NCBI GenBank assembly: GCA_018675635.1 | Contig: JABGXU010000008.1 | Location: 2,544-66,543 of the forward strand | From: Gammaproteobacteria bacterium | GTDB lineage: Bacteria > Pseudomonadota > Gammaproteobacteria > Poriferisulfidales > GCA-002705445 | Direction: 5' to 3' | DNA length: 64,000 nucleotides | In this document: piece by piece, positions 48,963-59,526 of the stretch | Numbering within the stretch: the first letter of the stretch is position 1 | How the letters are laid out: each line of letters starts with the position of its first letter | Translations under genes and position numbers: made by a program | The notes under the pieces: model-generated | What the model saw: only the letters and a program-made list of their open reading frames with translations | The model's database searches: none | What the model was told of the DNA's origin: nothing

Positions 48963-49295
48963 ATGAACTATCGTAATAAAAATAGCCAAGAAATTGAAAA
49001 CTCTATATATGCCTTAGAAAAGAAAGCTTCTAATATTAATGTAAAAATCAAAGAACTTAATTTCTTGAAGAGTAAAAAAAGTAAATCCAAAACACCACAT
49101 TTTTACGTGGACCTAAAAAATAGCAAAGCTCTAAAAAAAAATAAAAAAGAATTATTAGAAAAAGACCTGAAAATTGAGTTTGAAAAATTAACAAAAAAAT
49201 ATAAAATATTAGTTTTTATACTGTATATAATAATACTGATTTCTTTAATTTTATTAGCAATTACTTTTGAAATAAATTTAATAAATAAACTGTGA
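48963..49295 (+). CDS. Hypothetical Lys-rich protein with a C-terminal TM anchor
   Basis: 110-aa ORF filling the obgE-proB gap; TAGG upstream; hydrophobic C-terminus. Confidence 0.6.
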   Translation: MNYRNKNSQEIENSIYALEKKASNINVKIKELNFLKSKKSKSKTPHFYVDLKNSKALKKNKKELLEKDLKIEFEKLTKKYKILVFILYIIILISLILLAITFEINLINKL

Positions 49296-49305
49296 GAAAG
49301 TTCAT

Positions 49306-50409
49306 ATGAAAGAAACTTGGGTTATAAAAGTTGGCAGCTCATTAGTTACCAAAAAATCTGTCGGTCTTAATAATAAAAATATTAAAAATTGGGCTTTCCA
49401 GATTAATGAAATAATTAATAGCAACATTAATGTAATTATAGTTTCATCTGGTGCTATTGCTGAAGGCATGAATAGACTTGCACTTACCAGAAGACCAACA
49501 ACTTCAAGTAAATTACAAGCCTTAGCTTCTGTTGGTCAAATGGGTTTAATTCAAGCTTATGAAGTTGCATTTAAAAAATATAATCTACTAACAGCTCAAA
49601 TGTTATTAACCCATGAAGACTTAAGTAATAGAGAAAGATATCTTAATGCAAGAAATACTTTATCTAATTTACTTAAATACAATGTTATTCCAATAATTAA
49701 TGAAAATGATACTGTATCAACGGAAGAAATAAAATTTGGAGATAATGATACTTTAGCAGCTTTAGTCGCCAATCTGAGTAGTGCAAAATCCTTAATCATA
49801 TTAACTGATCAAGATGGTTTATATACAAGCGATCCAAAGAAAAACACATCTGCAAAACTAGTTGATAATATTTCAATACTAGATAAAAATTTAAATAACT
49901 ATGCTGGGCCAAGTAATAGTAACTTAGGTAGAGGTGGGATGATTACTAAAATTACTGCCGCAAAAAAAGCAGCGAAATCCAATACCCAAACAATCATCGC
50001 TAATGGTACTAAAAAAGATATTTTAACTAAAATATTAAATAAGGAAAATAATGTTGGTACAATTATTTTTAATAAAGGTTCTGCTATAAAATCAAAAAAA
50101 CAATGGATTGCTAATTCTTTAAAAATAAAAGGAAAAATACTAATTGACGCAGGAGCTAAAAAAGTAATCAGTAAATCAGGTAAAAGTTTACTACCTATAG
50201 GTATTACCTCTATAGCTGGAAATTTTCATAGAGGAGATTTAGTCGCTTGTTTTGATAAAAATAATAAGGAAGTTGCTAGGGGTCTTGTGAATTATAATTC
50301 ACAAGAATTAAAAAATATCATAGGAAAATCAACTACTGTTATTAAAAAAGAATTTGGAATATTTGAGAGTGAAGTAGTAATTCACAGAGATAATATGATC
50401 TTAGCTTAG
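49306..50409 (+). CDS. proB: Glutamate 5-kinase
   Basis: VIKVGSS, VSSGAIA, INENDTV, FGDNDTLA and GGMITKI motifs; PUA domain. Confidence 0.97.
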   Translation: MKETWVIKVGSSLVTKKSVGLNNKNIKNWAFQINEIINSNINVIIVSSGAIAEGMNRLALTRRPTTSSKLQALASVGQMGLIQAYEVAFKKYNLLTAQMLLTHEDLSNRERYLNARNTLSNLLKYNVIPIINENDTVSTEEIKFGDNDTLAALVANLSSAKSLIILTDQDGLYTSDPKKNTSAKLVDNISILDKNLNNYAGPSNSNLGRGGMITKITAAKKAAKSNTQTIIANGTKKDILTKILNKENNVGTIIFNKGSAIKSKKQWIANSLKIKGKILIDAGAKKVISKSGKSLLPIGITSIAGNFHRGDLVACFDKNNKEVARGLVNYNSQELKNIIGKSTTVIKKEFGIFESEVVIHRDNMILA

Positions 50410-50664
50410 CTCTAGAATTTGTTTATTGAGTCTACTTTTGTATCTCGCCGCTTTATTTTTATGGATAATTCCTTTTGATACACTAGAATCTATTATAGGA
50501 ATAGCTACTTTATAATTTTTACCAGCCAATGCTTTATCACCTGAATCTATAGCTTTAACAACATTTTTTACAAATGTTCTAAGCTTAGACTTCAAAGCCA
50601 CATTTCTTTCCCTTCTAACTACAGATTGTCTAACTCTTTTTCTTGCTTGCGCTGTATTAGCCAT
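50401..50664 (-). CDS. rpsT: 30S ribosomal protein S20
   Basis: MANTAQARKRVRQ...HKNKAARYKSRL; AGGTGAG RBS. Confidence 0.98.
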   Translation of the reverse strand: MANTAQARKRVRQSVVRRERNVALKSKLRTFVKNVVKAIDSGDKALAGKNYKVAIPIIDSSVSKGIIHKNKAARYKSRLNKQILELS

Positions 50665-50695
50665 TAATAACTCACCTTTAACGATAAAAGACGAC

Positions 50696-50724
50696 AATAT
50701 GAGGTTTTATTAGTAATTTGTCAA
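50696..50724 (-). promoter_or_regulatory. sigma70 promoter of rpsT
   Basis: TTGACA-17 nt-CATATT. Confidence 0.65.
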
Positions 50725-50766
50725 TAAGAAACTAAAAATTAGTAAAAAATTATATATAATTGCTTA

Positions 50767-52338
50767 ATGGCGCTATCCACAAAAAGAAAGTTCTTTCAAA
50801 ATACAGCAATAGTATCAATATTTACTATGGTTTCTAGAATATTTGGATATATAAGAGACGCCGCTATATTTATTTTTATAAGCAATTCATATGGGGCTCT
50901 CGATGCTTTTTTTGTTGCATTTAGAATACCAAATTTTTTCAGAAGAATATTTGGTGAAGGAGCTCTATCTACAGCCTACATTCCTATATTAAGTGATTAT
51001 AAAAATAAAAAAAGCAAAGAAGAAACAAAAGATTTTATCGACAGTTCAATTACTACACTAACTTCATTACTCATCATAATTTCAATTATAGGAGTTTTGA
51101 TAGCCCCAATATTAATTTATATAATAGCTCCAGGTTTTGTTAATTCTGAATTTGGCCAAGATGAACTGTCTTCAGATTTACTTAGAATAACTTTCCCATA
51201 TATGTTGTTTATTTGCTTAACAGCAGTTGCAGGTAGCATACTTAATACATACGAAAATTTTTCTATTCCAGCTTTGACACCAGTTTTATTAAATATAATT
51301 CTTATAATCAGCGTAATATTTATTTCTCCATATTTTCAAGAACCTGTTTTTGTATTAGCGTGGGGACTGTTATTTGGTGGCCTAGTTCAATTGCTGTTTC
51401 AGTTATACCCTCTAATTAAAATGGGCTTATTTCCAAAATTTAAATTAAATAAAAATCACCCAGGCATATTAAAAATAAAAGTACTTATGTTGCCTGTAAT
51501 TTTTGGATCTTCTGTAACTCAAATAAATCTTGTATTCGATACAATCATCGCTTCTTTTTTAATCACTGGTAGCATAAGTTGGCTATACATGTCTGACAGA
51601 TTTATTGAACTTCCATTAGCGCTATTTGGAATATCTATTGCTACAGTTTTATTGCCAAAATTGTCTGAGTATTACGGAAAATCAGATTCTGACTCATATA
51701 ATAGTACTTTAAATTGGGGTTTAAAACTTGGAATTTTGATTTCTATACCAACAACCATAGGATTAATATTATTAGCAAAACCAATACTTATAACGCTTTT
51801 ACAATATAAAGAATTTACTCCACATGATGTCAATATGACTGCTCTTAGCCTCGTTACTTTTGCAGGTGGATTGCCTGCAATGATTGGCTCGAAAATCTTA
51901 ATATCTGGTTATTATGCTCGAAAAGATACTCGTTACCCAGTTAAGGCAGCATTAATAGCTGTAATATTTAATTTTGTACTAAATATATTATTTGTAGTTT
52001 ATTTAACTCATATCAAATTTGATGGTGTTCACGTAGGTTTAGCTATAGCAACCTCTATATCAGCATATATAAACTTTTTTCTGCTATTAAAAACCGCACT
52101 AAAAACTAAAATATTTATACTTGACCACAGTATTAAACAAGTATTTTATAAATCTACCATAGCATCAATTATTATGACTGTATTAATTCTTAGTTTTGAT
52201 TTAAATTCAATTACATGGTTAAACTGGACCTTATTAGAAAGAATAATTACTTTATTTTCAATTATTTTGATTGCAACCATTCAATATTTTATATTTTTGT
52301 TTATATTTAAAATTACTCCTAAAAATATCAATAATTAA
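50767..52338 (+). CDS. murJ: Lipid II flippase MurJ
   Basis: SRIFGYIRD, AFRIPNFFRRIFGEGA and DRFIELPLALFG motifs. Confidence 0.96.
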   Translation: MALSTKRKFFQNTAIVSIFTMVSRIFGYIRDAAIFIFISNSYGALDAFFVAFRIPNFFRRIFGEGALSTAYIPILSDYKNKKSKEETKDFIDSSITTLTSLLIIISIIGVLIAPILIYIIAPGFVNSEFGQDELSSDLLRITFPYMLFICLTAVAGSILNTYENFSIPALTPVLLNIILIISVIFISPYFQEPVFVLAWGLLFGGLVQLLFQLYPLIKMGLFPKFKLNKNHPGILKIKVLMLPVIFGSSVTQINLVFDTIIASFLITGSISWLYMSDRFIELPLALFGISIATVLLPKLSEYYGKSDSDSYNSTLNWGLKLGILISIPTTIGLILLAKPILITLLQYKEFTPHDVNMTALSLVTFAGGLPAMIGSKILISGYYARKDTRYPVKAALIAVIFNFVLNILFVVYLTHIKFDGVHVGLAIATSISAYINFFLLLKTALKTKIFILDHSIKQVFYKSTIASIIMTVLILSFDLNSITWLNWTLLERIITLFSIILIATIQYFIFLFIFKITPKNINN

Positions 52339-52341
52339 CTC

Positions 52342-53256
52342 ATGAACATAATAAAAGATATAAGTAAAAAATCATTAAATAATTCTATAACAGCAAGTAT
52401 TGGAGCCTTTGATGGAATACATATTGGGCATCAAAAAATTTTAGAAAACATTGTAAAAGAATCTTTACAAAATAACACAAAAAGTGCATTAATAACTTTT
52501 AATCCTATTCCAAAAATATATTTTTCAAAAAAAAATTTTGAAATTTTAACCATTAATAAAAAAATAAGTTTATTAAAAGACTATAATTTAGACTACCTAA
52601 TATTATTAAGATTTAATAAAAAATTAATATCTATGTCTTCTAAGGAATTTATTGAGGATTTGTTAATAAATAAAATAAACATAAAATCTTTAACTGTTGG
52701 TGATGACTTTAAATTTGGATTTAACCAATCTGGGAACATTAATAATTTAAGGGAATATTCTTCAAGAGGGATTTTTTCTCTAAAGGTTGAAGAGAAACAT
52801 CTACTTGAGGGCTCAAGAATTAGCAGTTCTTTAATAAGAGATGCTATTATTAAAAATAATTTTTCGTTGGCTTCAAAAATGCTTGGTAGGCCATACTCAA
52901 TATCTGGTAAGATAATGCATGGTGACAAAAGGGGTTCAAAAATAGGTTTCCCAACTGCTAACATTAAGTTAAAACCCAATATTTTGCTAGATGGCGTTTA
53001 TGCTGTATCAACTTATATTAATAATAAAGTATATTATGGGGTAGCTAATATAGGTTATAAACCAACATTTAACGGTAATAAATACCTTTTTGAAGCACAT
53101 ATTTTAGATTTTTCTAAAAATATATATGGGAAAAGACTAGAGTTTAATATTTTTTCTAAAATTAGAGATACAATAAAATTTAATGGTATTGATGAACTTA
53201 AAAAATATATAAACAATGACATTGATTCAGTAAAAATAATATTTAATATAAAATGA
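52342..53256 (+). CDS. ribF: Bifunctional riboflavin kinase / FAD synthetase
   Basis: IGAFDGIHIGH, VGDDFKFG, ISSS, GFPTAN and EAHILDF motifs. Confidence 0.96.
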   Translation: MNIIKDISKKSLNNSITASIGAFDGIHIGHQKILENIVKESLQNNTKSALITFNPIPKIYFSKKNFEILTINKKISLLKDYNLDYLILLRFNKKLISMSSKEFIEDLLINKINIKSLTVGDDFKFGFNQSGNINNLREYSSRGIFSLKVEEKHLLEGSRISSSLIRDAIIKNNFSLASKMLGRPYSISGKIMHGDKRGSKIGFPTANIKLKPNILLDGVYAVSTYINNKVYYGVANIGYKPTFNGNKYLFEAHILDFSKNIYGKRLEFNIFSKIRDTIKFNGIDELKKYINNDIDSVKIIFNIK

Positions 53257-56051
53257 GCGATTATAAAGATACTTTAAATTTACCTAAAACAGAATTTCCC
53301 ATGAAAGGTAATTTGCCATTTAAAGAACCATTGATGCAAAAAAAATGGGATGATGATAATTTATATTATAACTTGCTAGAACTAAACAAGAATTCAAAAA
53401 AATTTATACTGCATGATGGTCCTCCATATGCGAATGGCGATATACATATTGGTCACGCTGTTAATAAAATTCTTAAAGATATAATTTTAAAATCTAAAAT
53501 ACTTTCTGGTTATAGTACTCCATTTATTCCTGGTTGGGATTGCCATGGTTTACCAATTGAGTTAGAGGTTGAAAAAAGAATCAATAAGAAAGAAAAAATT
53601 TCAGATAAAGATTTTAGAAAATTATGCAGAGAATATGCTCTTGAACAAGTCGAAAGACAAAAAAAGGACTTTAAAAGACTAGGAGTGTTTGGTGATTGGG
53701 AAAACCCATATTTAACTTCTGATAAACAATTTGAAGCATCGACATTAAAAGCTCTTGAGAAAATATATAATAATGGTCATTTAGAAAAAGGGTTTAAGCC
53801 AGTACATTGGTGTGTTAAATGCCAATCTGCTTTGGCTGAGGCTGAAGTTGAATATGATGAAAAAGAATCTATAGCAATTGATGTTAAATTTCATTTTATG
53901 ACAACTAATGAATTATCTAATATATTTAAGATTGGTGATATTAATAAAAAAACTTTTTTAGTAATTTGGACAACAACACCATGGACTCTTCCTTCTAATA
54001 GATCTGTTGCTGTAAATAGCAATTTTAATTATATTTTAATTTCTGACGGAATTGAAAACTTTATTATTGCAGAAGATTTATTTGAAAAATTTAATGAAAG
54101 AATAGGTAAAGAATTTAATGTAATCGCAACGTGTTCAGGGTTAGATCTTATTAATCAAAAAATAAAACATCCTTTTTTAGATTACATTATCAGTATAATT
54201 GATAGTGACCATGTTACTACTAATTCAGGTACTGGTTGTGTTCATATCGCCCCAGCTCATGGTTCTGATGATTTTATTTTAGCTAAAAAACATAAATTAG
54301 AAATTTTAAACCCAATCCTAAGTAATGGAATTTTTTCTGGGGAACCAAAAAAACTTGATGGAACACATGTTTACAAACTTGATGAGCCTGTTATACAAAT
54401 ATTGCTAGATAATAATTGTTTATTAAATAAAAATAAATTTAGACATTCTTATCCTCATTGCTGGAGACATAAAACACCTCTAATTTACAGAGCTACACCT
54501 CAATGGTTTATATCTATGAATAAAAATAATTTATTAAAAAATGCTATTAAAAAGACCTCTGAAGTTCAATGGATACCATCATGGGGTAAGGCTAGAATCC
54601 AAGGAATGCTTGCGGATAGGCCAGATTGGTGTATTTCTAGACAAAGAAAATGGGGAGTACCTATAACTTTATTAATAAATAAAAAAACTGGTGAGCCGCA
54701 TTCAAATACATCAATAATTTTTTCAAGGATTTGTATGCTAGTTGAAAAACATGGTATTGAAAAATGGTTTGATATAGATATATCAGAACTTATAGACAAC
54801 CCTGAGGAATACGAAAAAGTTCAAGATACATTAGATGTTTGGTTTGATTCAGGATCAACACATGCTGCCGTTTTAGAATCTTCGAATTCCCTAACTTTTC
54901 CTGCCGATTTATATTTAGAAGGGTCTGATCAACATAGAGGATGGTTCCAGTCATCTTTATTAACATCAATAGCAATTAGTAAATCTGTGCCTTATAAATC
55001 TGCAATGACACATGGATTTACAGTAGATGCTAAAGGTAACAAAATGTCAAAATCTAAAGGGAATGTAATTGCACCTCAAAAAATTATAGATAGATTAGGT
55101 TCTGACATTCTTAGATTATGGGTTGCATCTACTGATTCATCGTCAGAAATGAATGTATCAGATGAAATTTTAAATCGAACATCAGATAAATATAGAAAAA
55201 TAAGAAATACAATAAAATTTCTATTATCAAACATTAATGATTATGATCCAGAAAGTTTTTCCCAAAATGAGATTACTATAGAATTAGATAAATGGATTTT
55301 AAAAAGAGCTATTACTGTTCAAGACGAAATAAAAGAACTCTATAAAACTTATAATTTCCATGTATTAACACAATCTATTCACAGTTTTTGCGTAAATGAC
55401 TTGGGTGCTTTTTATTTAGATATTATTAAAGATAGGCAGTATACGTGTAAAGAAAAATCCCAAGAAAGATTATCAGCTCAACACGCAATGTATTGTATTA
55501 TAAAAATGCTATTACTATGGATTGCCCCAATTTGTCCACATACATCAGAAGAAGCTTGGGGATTTATCCCTAAAAATAAAGATAAATCTATCTTTTATAA
55601 CAATTGGCTTAATCTTAAAGAAGACCAAATTAATAAATGCGAAATTAGCGACGCTAGCTGGAATGAAATTTTAGAGATAAGAAAAATTGTATCTAAATCT
55701 TTAGAAGAAAAAAGAGAGGAAAATTTAATAGGATCTTCATTAGATGCTGAAACTATTATTCATTGTTCTGAAGATTTATTTAATATATTAAATGCAGTTG
55801 ATAAAGAATTAAAATTTATTTTTATTACTTCTAATGTAACAATTAACAAAATTGATTTAAACAAAATATCTGATTCTATTACTGTAAATGGTCATAAAGT
55901 TAAAGTAATAATAAATAATTCAAAATTTAAAAAATGCGCAAGATGCTGGCATAAATGTGAAACTGTTAGTACTCATAAAAAATATAAAGATATTTGCACT
56001 AGGTGTATTTCTAATGTTTACGGCTCAGGTGAAAAAAGAACTTATGCTTAA
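53253..56051 (+). CDS. ileS: Isoleucine-tRNA ligase (type 1)
   Basis: [21 protein letters not shown] and KMSKS motifs; C-terminal CxxC...CxxC zinc finger. Confidence 0.99.
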   Translation: MSDYKDTLNLPKTEFPMKGNLPFKEPLMQKKWDDDNLYYNLLELNKNSKKFILHDGPPYANGDIHIGHAVNKILKDIILKSKILSGYSTPFIPGWDCHGLPIELEVEKRINKKEKISDKDFRKLCREYALEQVERQKKDFKRLGVFGDWENPYLTSDKQFEASTLKALEKIYNNGHLEKGFKPVHWCVKCQSALAEAEVEYDEKESIAIDVKFHFMTTNELSNIFKIGDINKKTFLVIWTTTPWTLPSNRSVAVNSNFNYILISDGIENFIIAEDLFEKFNERIGKEFNVIATCSGLDLINQKIKHPFLDYIISIIDSDHVTTNSGTGCVHIAPAHGSDDFILAKKHKLEILNPILSNGIFSGEPKKLDGTHVYKLDEPVIQILLDNNCLLNKNKFRHSYPHCWRHKTPLIYRATPQWFISMNKNNLLKNAIKKTSEVQWIPSWGKARIQGMLADRPDWCISRQRKWGVPITLLINKKTGEPHSNTSIIFSRICMLVEKHGIEKWFDIDISELIDNPEEYEKVQDTLDVWFDSGSTHAAVLESSNSLTFPADLYLEGSDQHRGWFQSSLLTSIAISKSVPYKSAMTHGFTVDAKGNKMSKSKGNVIAPQKIIDRLGSDILRLWVASTDSSSEMNVSDEILNRTSDKYRKIRNTIKFLLSNINDYDPESFSQNEITIELDKWILKRAITVQDEIKELYKTYNFHVLTQSIHSFCVNDLGAFYLDIIKDRQYTCKEKSQERLSAQHAMYCIIKMLLLWIAPICPHTSEEAWGFIPKNKDKSIFYNNWLNLKEDQINKCEISDASWNEILEIRKIVSKSLEEKREENLIGSSLDAETIIHCSEDLFNILNAVDKELKFIFITSNVTINKIDLNKISDSITVNGHKVKVIINNSKFKKCARCWHKCETVSTHKKYKDICTRCISNVYGSGEKRTYA

Positions 56052-56514
56052 AAAATATATAACTATATTTCTAATAATTCTTTCTTTTTTATTATTAGAC
56101 ATCGTTACAAAAGAATATGCTACAAGTAATTTAATATTAAGTTATCCAGTGCATATTAATGATTTTATGAATTTTTCCCTAGCATTTAACTATGGCGCAG
56201 CTTTTAGCTTTTTAAGCGAAGCTGGAGGATGGCAAAGATGGTTTTTTATTATATTTAGTATTTTTATAATATTAATTATTGGTTACTTAATCCTGTTTGA
56301 TAAGAATTCTGGCTATATAGCATTTAGTCTTATTTTATCAGGAGCGATAGGAAATCTTTACGACAGAATAACTCTTGGATACGTCATTGATTTTATAGAA
56401 TTACATTATAAAAACTTTTATTGGCCTATATTTAATGTTGCTGATATTGCAATTACTATAGGTGTTATATTATTATTATATTCAGCAACATTAAAAAATA
56501 ATAAAATTATATGA
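56044..56514 (+). CDS. lspA: Lipoprotein signal peptidase
   Basis: [22 protein letters not shown] and FNVADIAI motifs; ATG at 56044 overlaps the end of ileS. Confidence 0.96.
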   Translation: MLKKYITIFLIILSFLLLDIVTKEYATSNLILSYPVHINDFMNFSLAFNYGAAFSFLSEAGGWQRWFFIIFSIFIILIIGYLILFDKNSGYIAFSLILSGAIGNLYDRITLGYVIDFIELHYKNFYWPIFNVADIAITIGVILLLYSATLKNNKII

Positions 56515-57443
56515 ATATAATTCTAGCAAACCCAAGAGGATTTTGTGCAGGTGTGGATAGAGCTATAGAAATTACTAATAAAGCACTAGATATGTTTGGC
56601 GCGCCTATTTATGTAAAACATGAAATTGTTCATAATAAATATGTAGTAGATGAATTAAAAGAAAAAGGTGTAATTTTTATAGAAGACGTAAAAAAAGTAC
56701 CTAGTCACTCAATTCTAATCTACAGCGCACATGGTGTTTCAGAAGAAGTAATAAAGCTCTCGAAAGAAAATAATTTAAAAGTTTTTAATGCAACGTGCCC
56801 ATTAGTAACAAAAGTTCATATGGAAGTTTATAAATTAGCCGCTAAAAATATTAATACTATTTTAATAGGTCATAAGGGGCATCCTGAAGTGGAAGGAACT
56901 TTAGGTAGATATAATTCTAATTCAGGATCAAAAATAACCTTAATTGAAAACACAAAAGATTTAGACAGATTAAATTTTGATGAAGATGAAGAAATAGCAT
57001 ATGTTACTCAAACAACACTATCAATAGATGATACTAAAAATATTATAGAGACTATCAAAGCTAAATATAAAAATGTTATAGAGCCAGTAAAAGGTGATAT
57101 TTGTTACGCTACTCAAAATAGACAAAATGCTGTGAAAGAATTAACTAAAACATGCGATATAATTTTTGTTGTAGGATCAGAAAATAGCTCAAACTCTAAT
57201 AGGCTAAAAGAAATATCTACTCGAGCAGGCGTCCCTTCGTATTTAATTGATGGAGCAGATGATTTAGATATTGTATGGGTATCAAATAAAAAGAATATCG
57301 GATTAACTGCAGGGGCTTCCGCCCCTGAAATTCTTATTCAAACAATAATTAATAAACTTAAAAGTTTTGGGGCTTTAAAAGTTATAGAGTCTGATGGTGT
57401 AAAAGAAGATATAATATTTAAAATACCTAAAGAATTAAATTAA
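56511..57443 (+). CDS. ispH: 4-hydroxy-3-methylbut-2-enyl diphosphate reductase
   Basis: [33 protein letters not shown] and TAGASAP motifs. Confidence 0.98.
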   Translation: MNIILANPRGFCAGVDRAIEITNKALDMFGAPIYVKHEIVHNKYVVDELKEKGVIFIEDVKKVPSHSILIYSAHGVSEEVIKLSKENNLKVFNATCPLVTKVHMEVYKLAAKNINTILIGHKGHPEVEGTLGRYNSNSGSKITLIENTKDLDRLNFDEDEEIAYVTQTTLSIDDTKNIIETIKAKYKNVIEPVKGDICYATQNRQNAVKELTKTCDIIFVVGSENSSNSNRLKEISTRAGVPSYLIDGADDLDIVWVSNKKNIGLTAGASAPEILIQTIINKLKSFGALKVIESDGVKEDIIFKIPKELN

Positions 57444-57445
57444 AC

Positions 57446-57523
57446 TCATTGAACAGCAAAGTAAACTGTTAAAACACAAACTATAATTCCTATAGCTAAA
57501 GCTGTAATTCTAAATAAGTCCAT
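57446..57523 (-). CDS. Putative 25-aa single-TM small protein MDLFRITALAIGIIVCVLTVYFAVQ
   Basis: Hand-translated; GGAG RBS 6 nt before ATG; stop is 2 nt from the convergent ispH stop. Confidence 0.6.
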   Translation of the reverse strand: MDLFRITALAIGIIVCVLTVYFAVQ

Positions 57524-57584
57524 AATGATCTCCGTTTTTTTAAACTATTTTGCCATAAAAAAGGTTTTTTTAAAATAAATTTTA

Positions 57585-57657
57585 AACCTGTGGCTAGAAT
57601 TGAACTTATAACCTCTTCATTATACGTGAATTGCCCTACCAAATGAGTTATATAGGA
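57585..57657 (-). pseudogene. Degenerate tRNA gene (probably Thr-derived)
   Basis: Exact tRNA spacing: TA-ACTC-ATTTGGTA-GGGC D arm, TTCA/TGAA anticodon stem, AGGTT variable loop, TTCAATT T-loop; acceptor and T stems mismatched; no CCA. Confidence 0.75.
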
Positions 57658-57668
57658 TAAAAAATTAT

Positions 57669-58670
57669 TTACTTTATTATATCTTTTACAATTTTAGCTG
57701 ATGCTATAGCTGTGAGAATACCATATCGAAAATGGCCAAAATTAAAAATAATCCTTTTATTATCAGGATGCTCCTCAATATAAGGTTGGTCTAAATATGA
57801 ATACGGTCTAAATCCAAAAGTTTGCTTACTCTCCTTTAATTCCACCTCTGAAGAAAATATTTCTGATATAGCTTTTTGTAAATAATGTTTAGCGTTAATA
57901 GTAATTTCATCATTAAAACCAACATCTTCTAATGTAGATCCTACAACTAAATTATTATTACTTCTAGGAATAATATAATAATTGTTATAAATTAATACAT
58001 TATCTATAGTTTTTTTCTTAGCTTTATAATGTAATAATTGTCCCTTAATCGGCTTAATATTAATATTTTTATTTAGATTCAAAATTTCTTTACTCCAAAC
58101 CCCTGCAGTAACAATAATATAATCAAATTTATTATTATCGCCCTCAAAATAAGACATTAAATCAACAACTGTTTCCTTTTTAAATATTACTCCTGAGTTC
58201 AATAATCTCGTTTTATAAAATTTAACTAAAGAATTTGGATTAATAATGTTTATATCTTTTATAAGTAAATAATTTTTATGAGTATTTTTAATATTTTTTT
58301 CAATAAAATACAATTTTTTTTCACAATAATTAGATTTTATATTTTTATTTTTCGCATACCATTTTTTAGCTAATGATAGTTTATCACCAAATATTATTAA
58401 GTTTTTTTTAGAATAATTAATTTCAAGTTTCTCACTATCTGTTAGTTTTTTAAAAAAATTATTGTATTCATTATGTCCAGAAAGACATAATTCTTGCATA
58501 TATTTTGAATTTTCCCACGGGCTTAGTGGAAATAATATTCCTCCTGCAGATTTTGTCGCTTGACCGGGTTTTTCATCATCAATAATTGTTATGTCAAAAC
58601 CATTTTTTTTTAATTCATAGGCTGTTGATAAGCCTACTATCCCGGAACCAATTATTAAACATCTAGCCAT
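57669..58670 (-). CDS. FAD-dependent oxidoreductase, glycine oxidase ThiO/DadA-like
   Basis: IIGSGIVG, SAGGIL, PIKGQ, VGSTLE, GFRP and GHFRYGI motifs. Confidence 0.85.
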   Translation of the reverse strand: MARCLIIGSGIVGLSTAYELKKNGFDITIIDDEKPGQATKSAGGILFPLSPWENSKYMQELCLSGHNEYNNFFKKLTDSEKLEINYSKKNLIIFGDKLSLAKKWYAKNKNIKSNYCEKKLYFIEKNIKNTHKNYLLIKDINIINPNSLVKFYKTRLLNSGVIFKKETVVDLMSYFEGDNNKFDYIIVTAGVWSKEILNLNKNINIKPIKGQLLHYKAKKKTIDNVLIYNNYYIIPRSNNNLVVGSTLEDVGFNDEITINAKHYLQKAISEIFSSEVELKESKQTFGFRPYSYLDQPYIEEHPDNKRIIFNFGHFRYGILTAIASAKIVKDIIK

Positions 58671-59526
58671 TTTTTTTAAACAATGTTCCTATTCCTTCAT
58701 TTGTAAAAATCTCTAATAGAACAGAATGCTGGATCCTTCCGTCTACAATATGTGCCATATTAACGTTATTTTTTATGGCATTTAAGCATGCTAATGTCTT
58801 GGGTAGCATGCCTCCTGTTATTACTTCATCATCAATTAGTTTTTTAATCTCACTAAAATTTAATGTAGATATTAATTCTTCTTTTTTATTTAAAACACCT
58901 GCTTGATCTGTTAAAAATATTAATTTCTCAGCTGATAATTGTGAAGCTATATTACTTGCAGCATTATCAGCATTAATGTTATATATATTTAAATCATTAT
59001 CAAAGCCAATAGGAGCTATTACTGGTATATAATTTGAATTCATTAATTCATAAATATAATTAGTATCAATATCAGTTATTTCTCCTACATAGCCATACTC
59101 AGCTTTCTTAGAAATATATTTTTTAACTCTTATAACATTGTTATTTTCTTTAGCAACACCAATTGCATTTGCTCCATTTTTGTTTATTAAATCTACAATT
59201 TCATTATTTACTATATTTGTTAGTGTATCTGAAACAATTTCTATAGTTTTTTTATCTGTGACTCTAATCCCATCTACAAAATTTCTCTTAATACCAACTT
59301 TTTTAAGTTCCTCGTCAATTTGTGGGCCACCCCCATGCACAACAATTACATTAATCCCAACTTGTTTCATTAATGCTATGTCTCTAGCAAAACTATACTT
59401 TAAATTTTTTTCAATCATTGCTGATCCACCATATTTTACAACACAAATCTTTTTTGAAAATTTCTGTATAAATGGCAGTGCTTCTGTTAAAATTTTTATT
59501 ACTTGTTCAGCTTTATTCTTTTCCAT
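58663..59526 (-). CDS. argB: Acetylglutamate kinase
   Basis: EALPFI, VKYGGSAM, VHGGGPQI, NINAD, GGMLPK and DGRIQHSVLLEIFT motifs. Confidence 0.97.
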   Translation of the reverse strand: MEKNKAEQVIKILTEALPFIQKFSKKICVVKYGGSAMIEKNLKYSFARDIALMKQVGINVIVVHGGGPQIDEELKKVGIKRNFVDGIRVTDKKTIEIVSDTLTNIVNNEIVDLINKNGANAIGVAKENNNVIRVKKYISKKAEYGYVGEITDIDTNYIYELMNSNYIPVIAPIGFDNDLNIYNINADNAASNIASQLSAEKLIFLTDQAGVLNKKEELISTLNFSEIKKLIDDEVITGGMLPKTLACLNAIKNNVNMAHIVDGRIQHSVLLEIFTNEGIGTLFKKNG

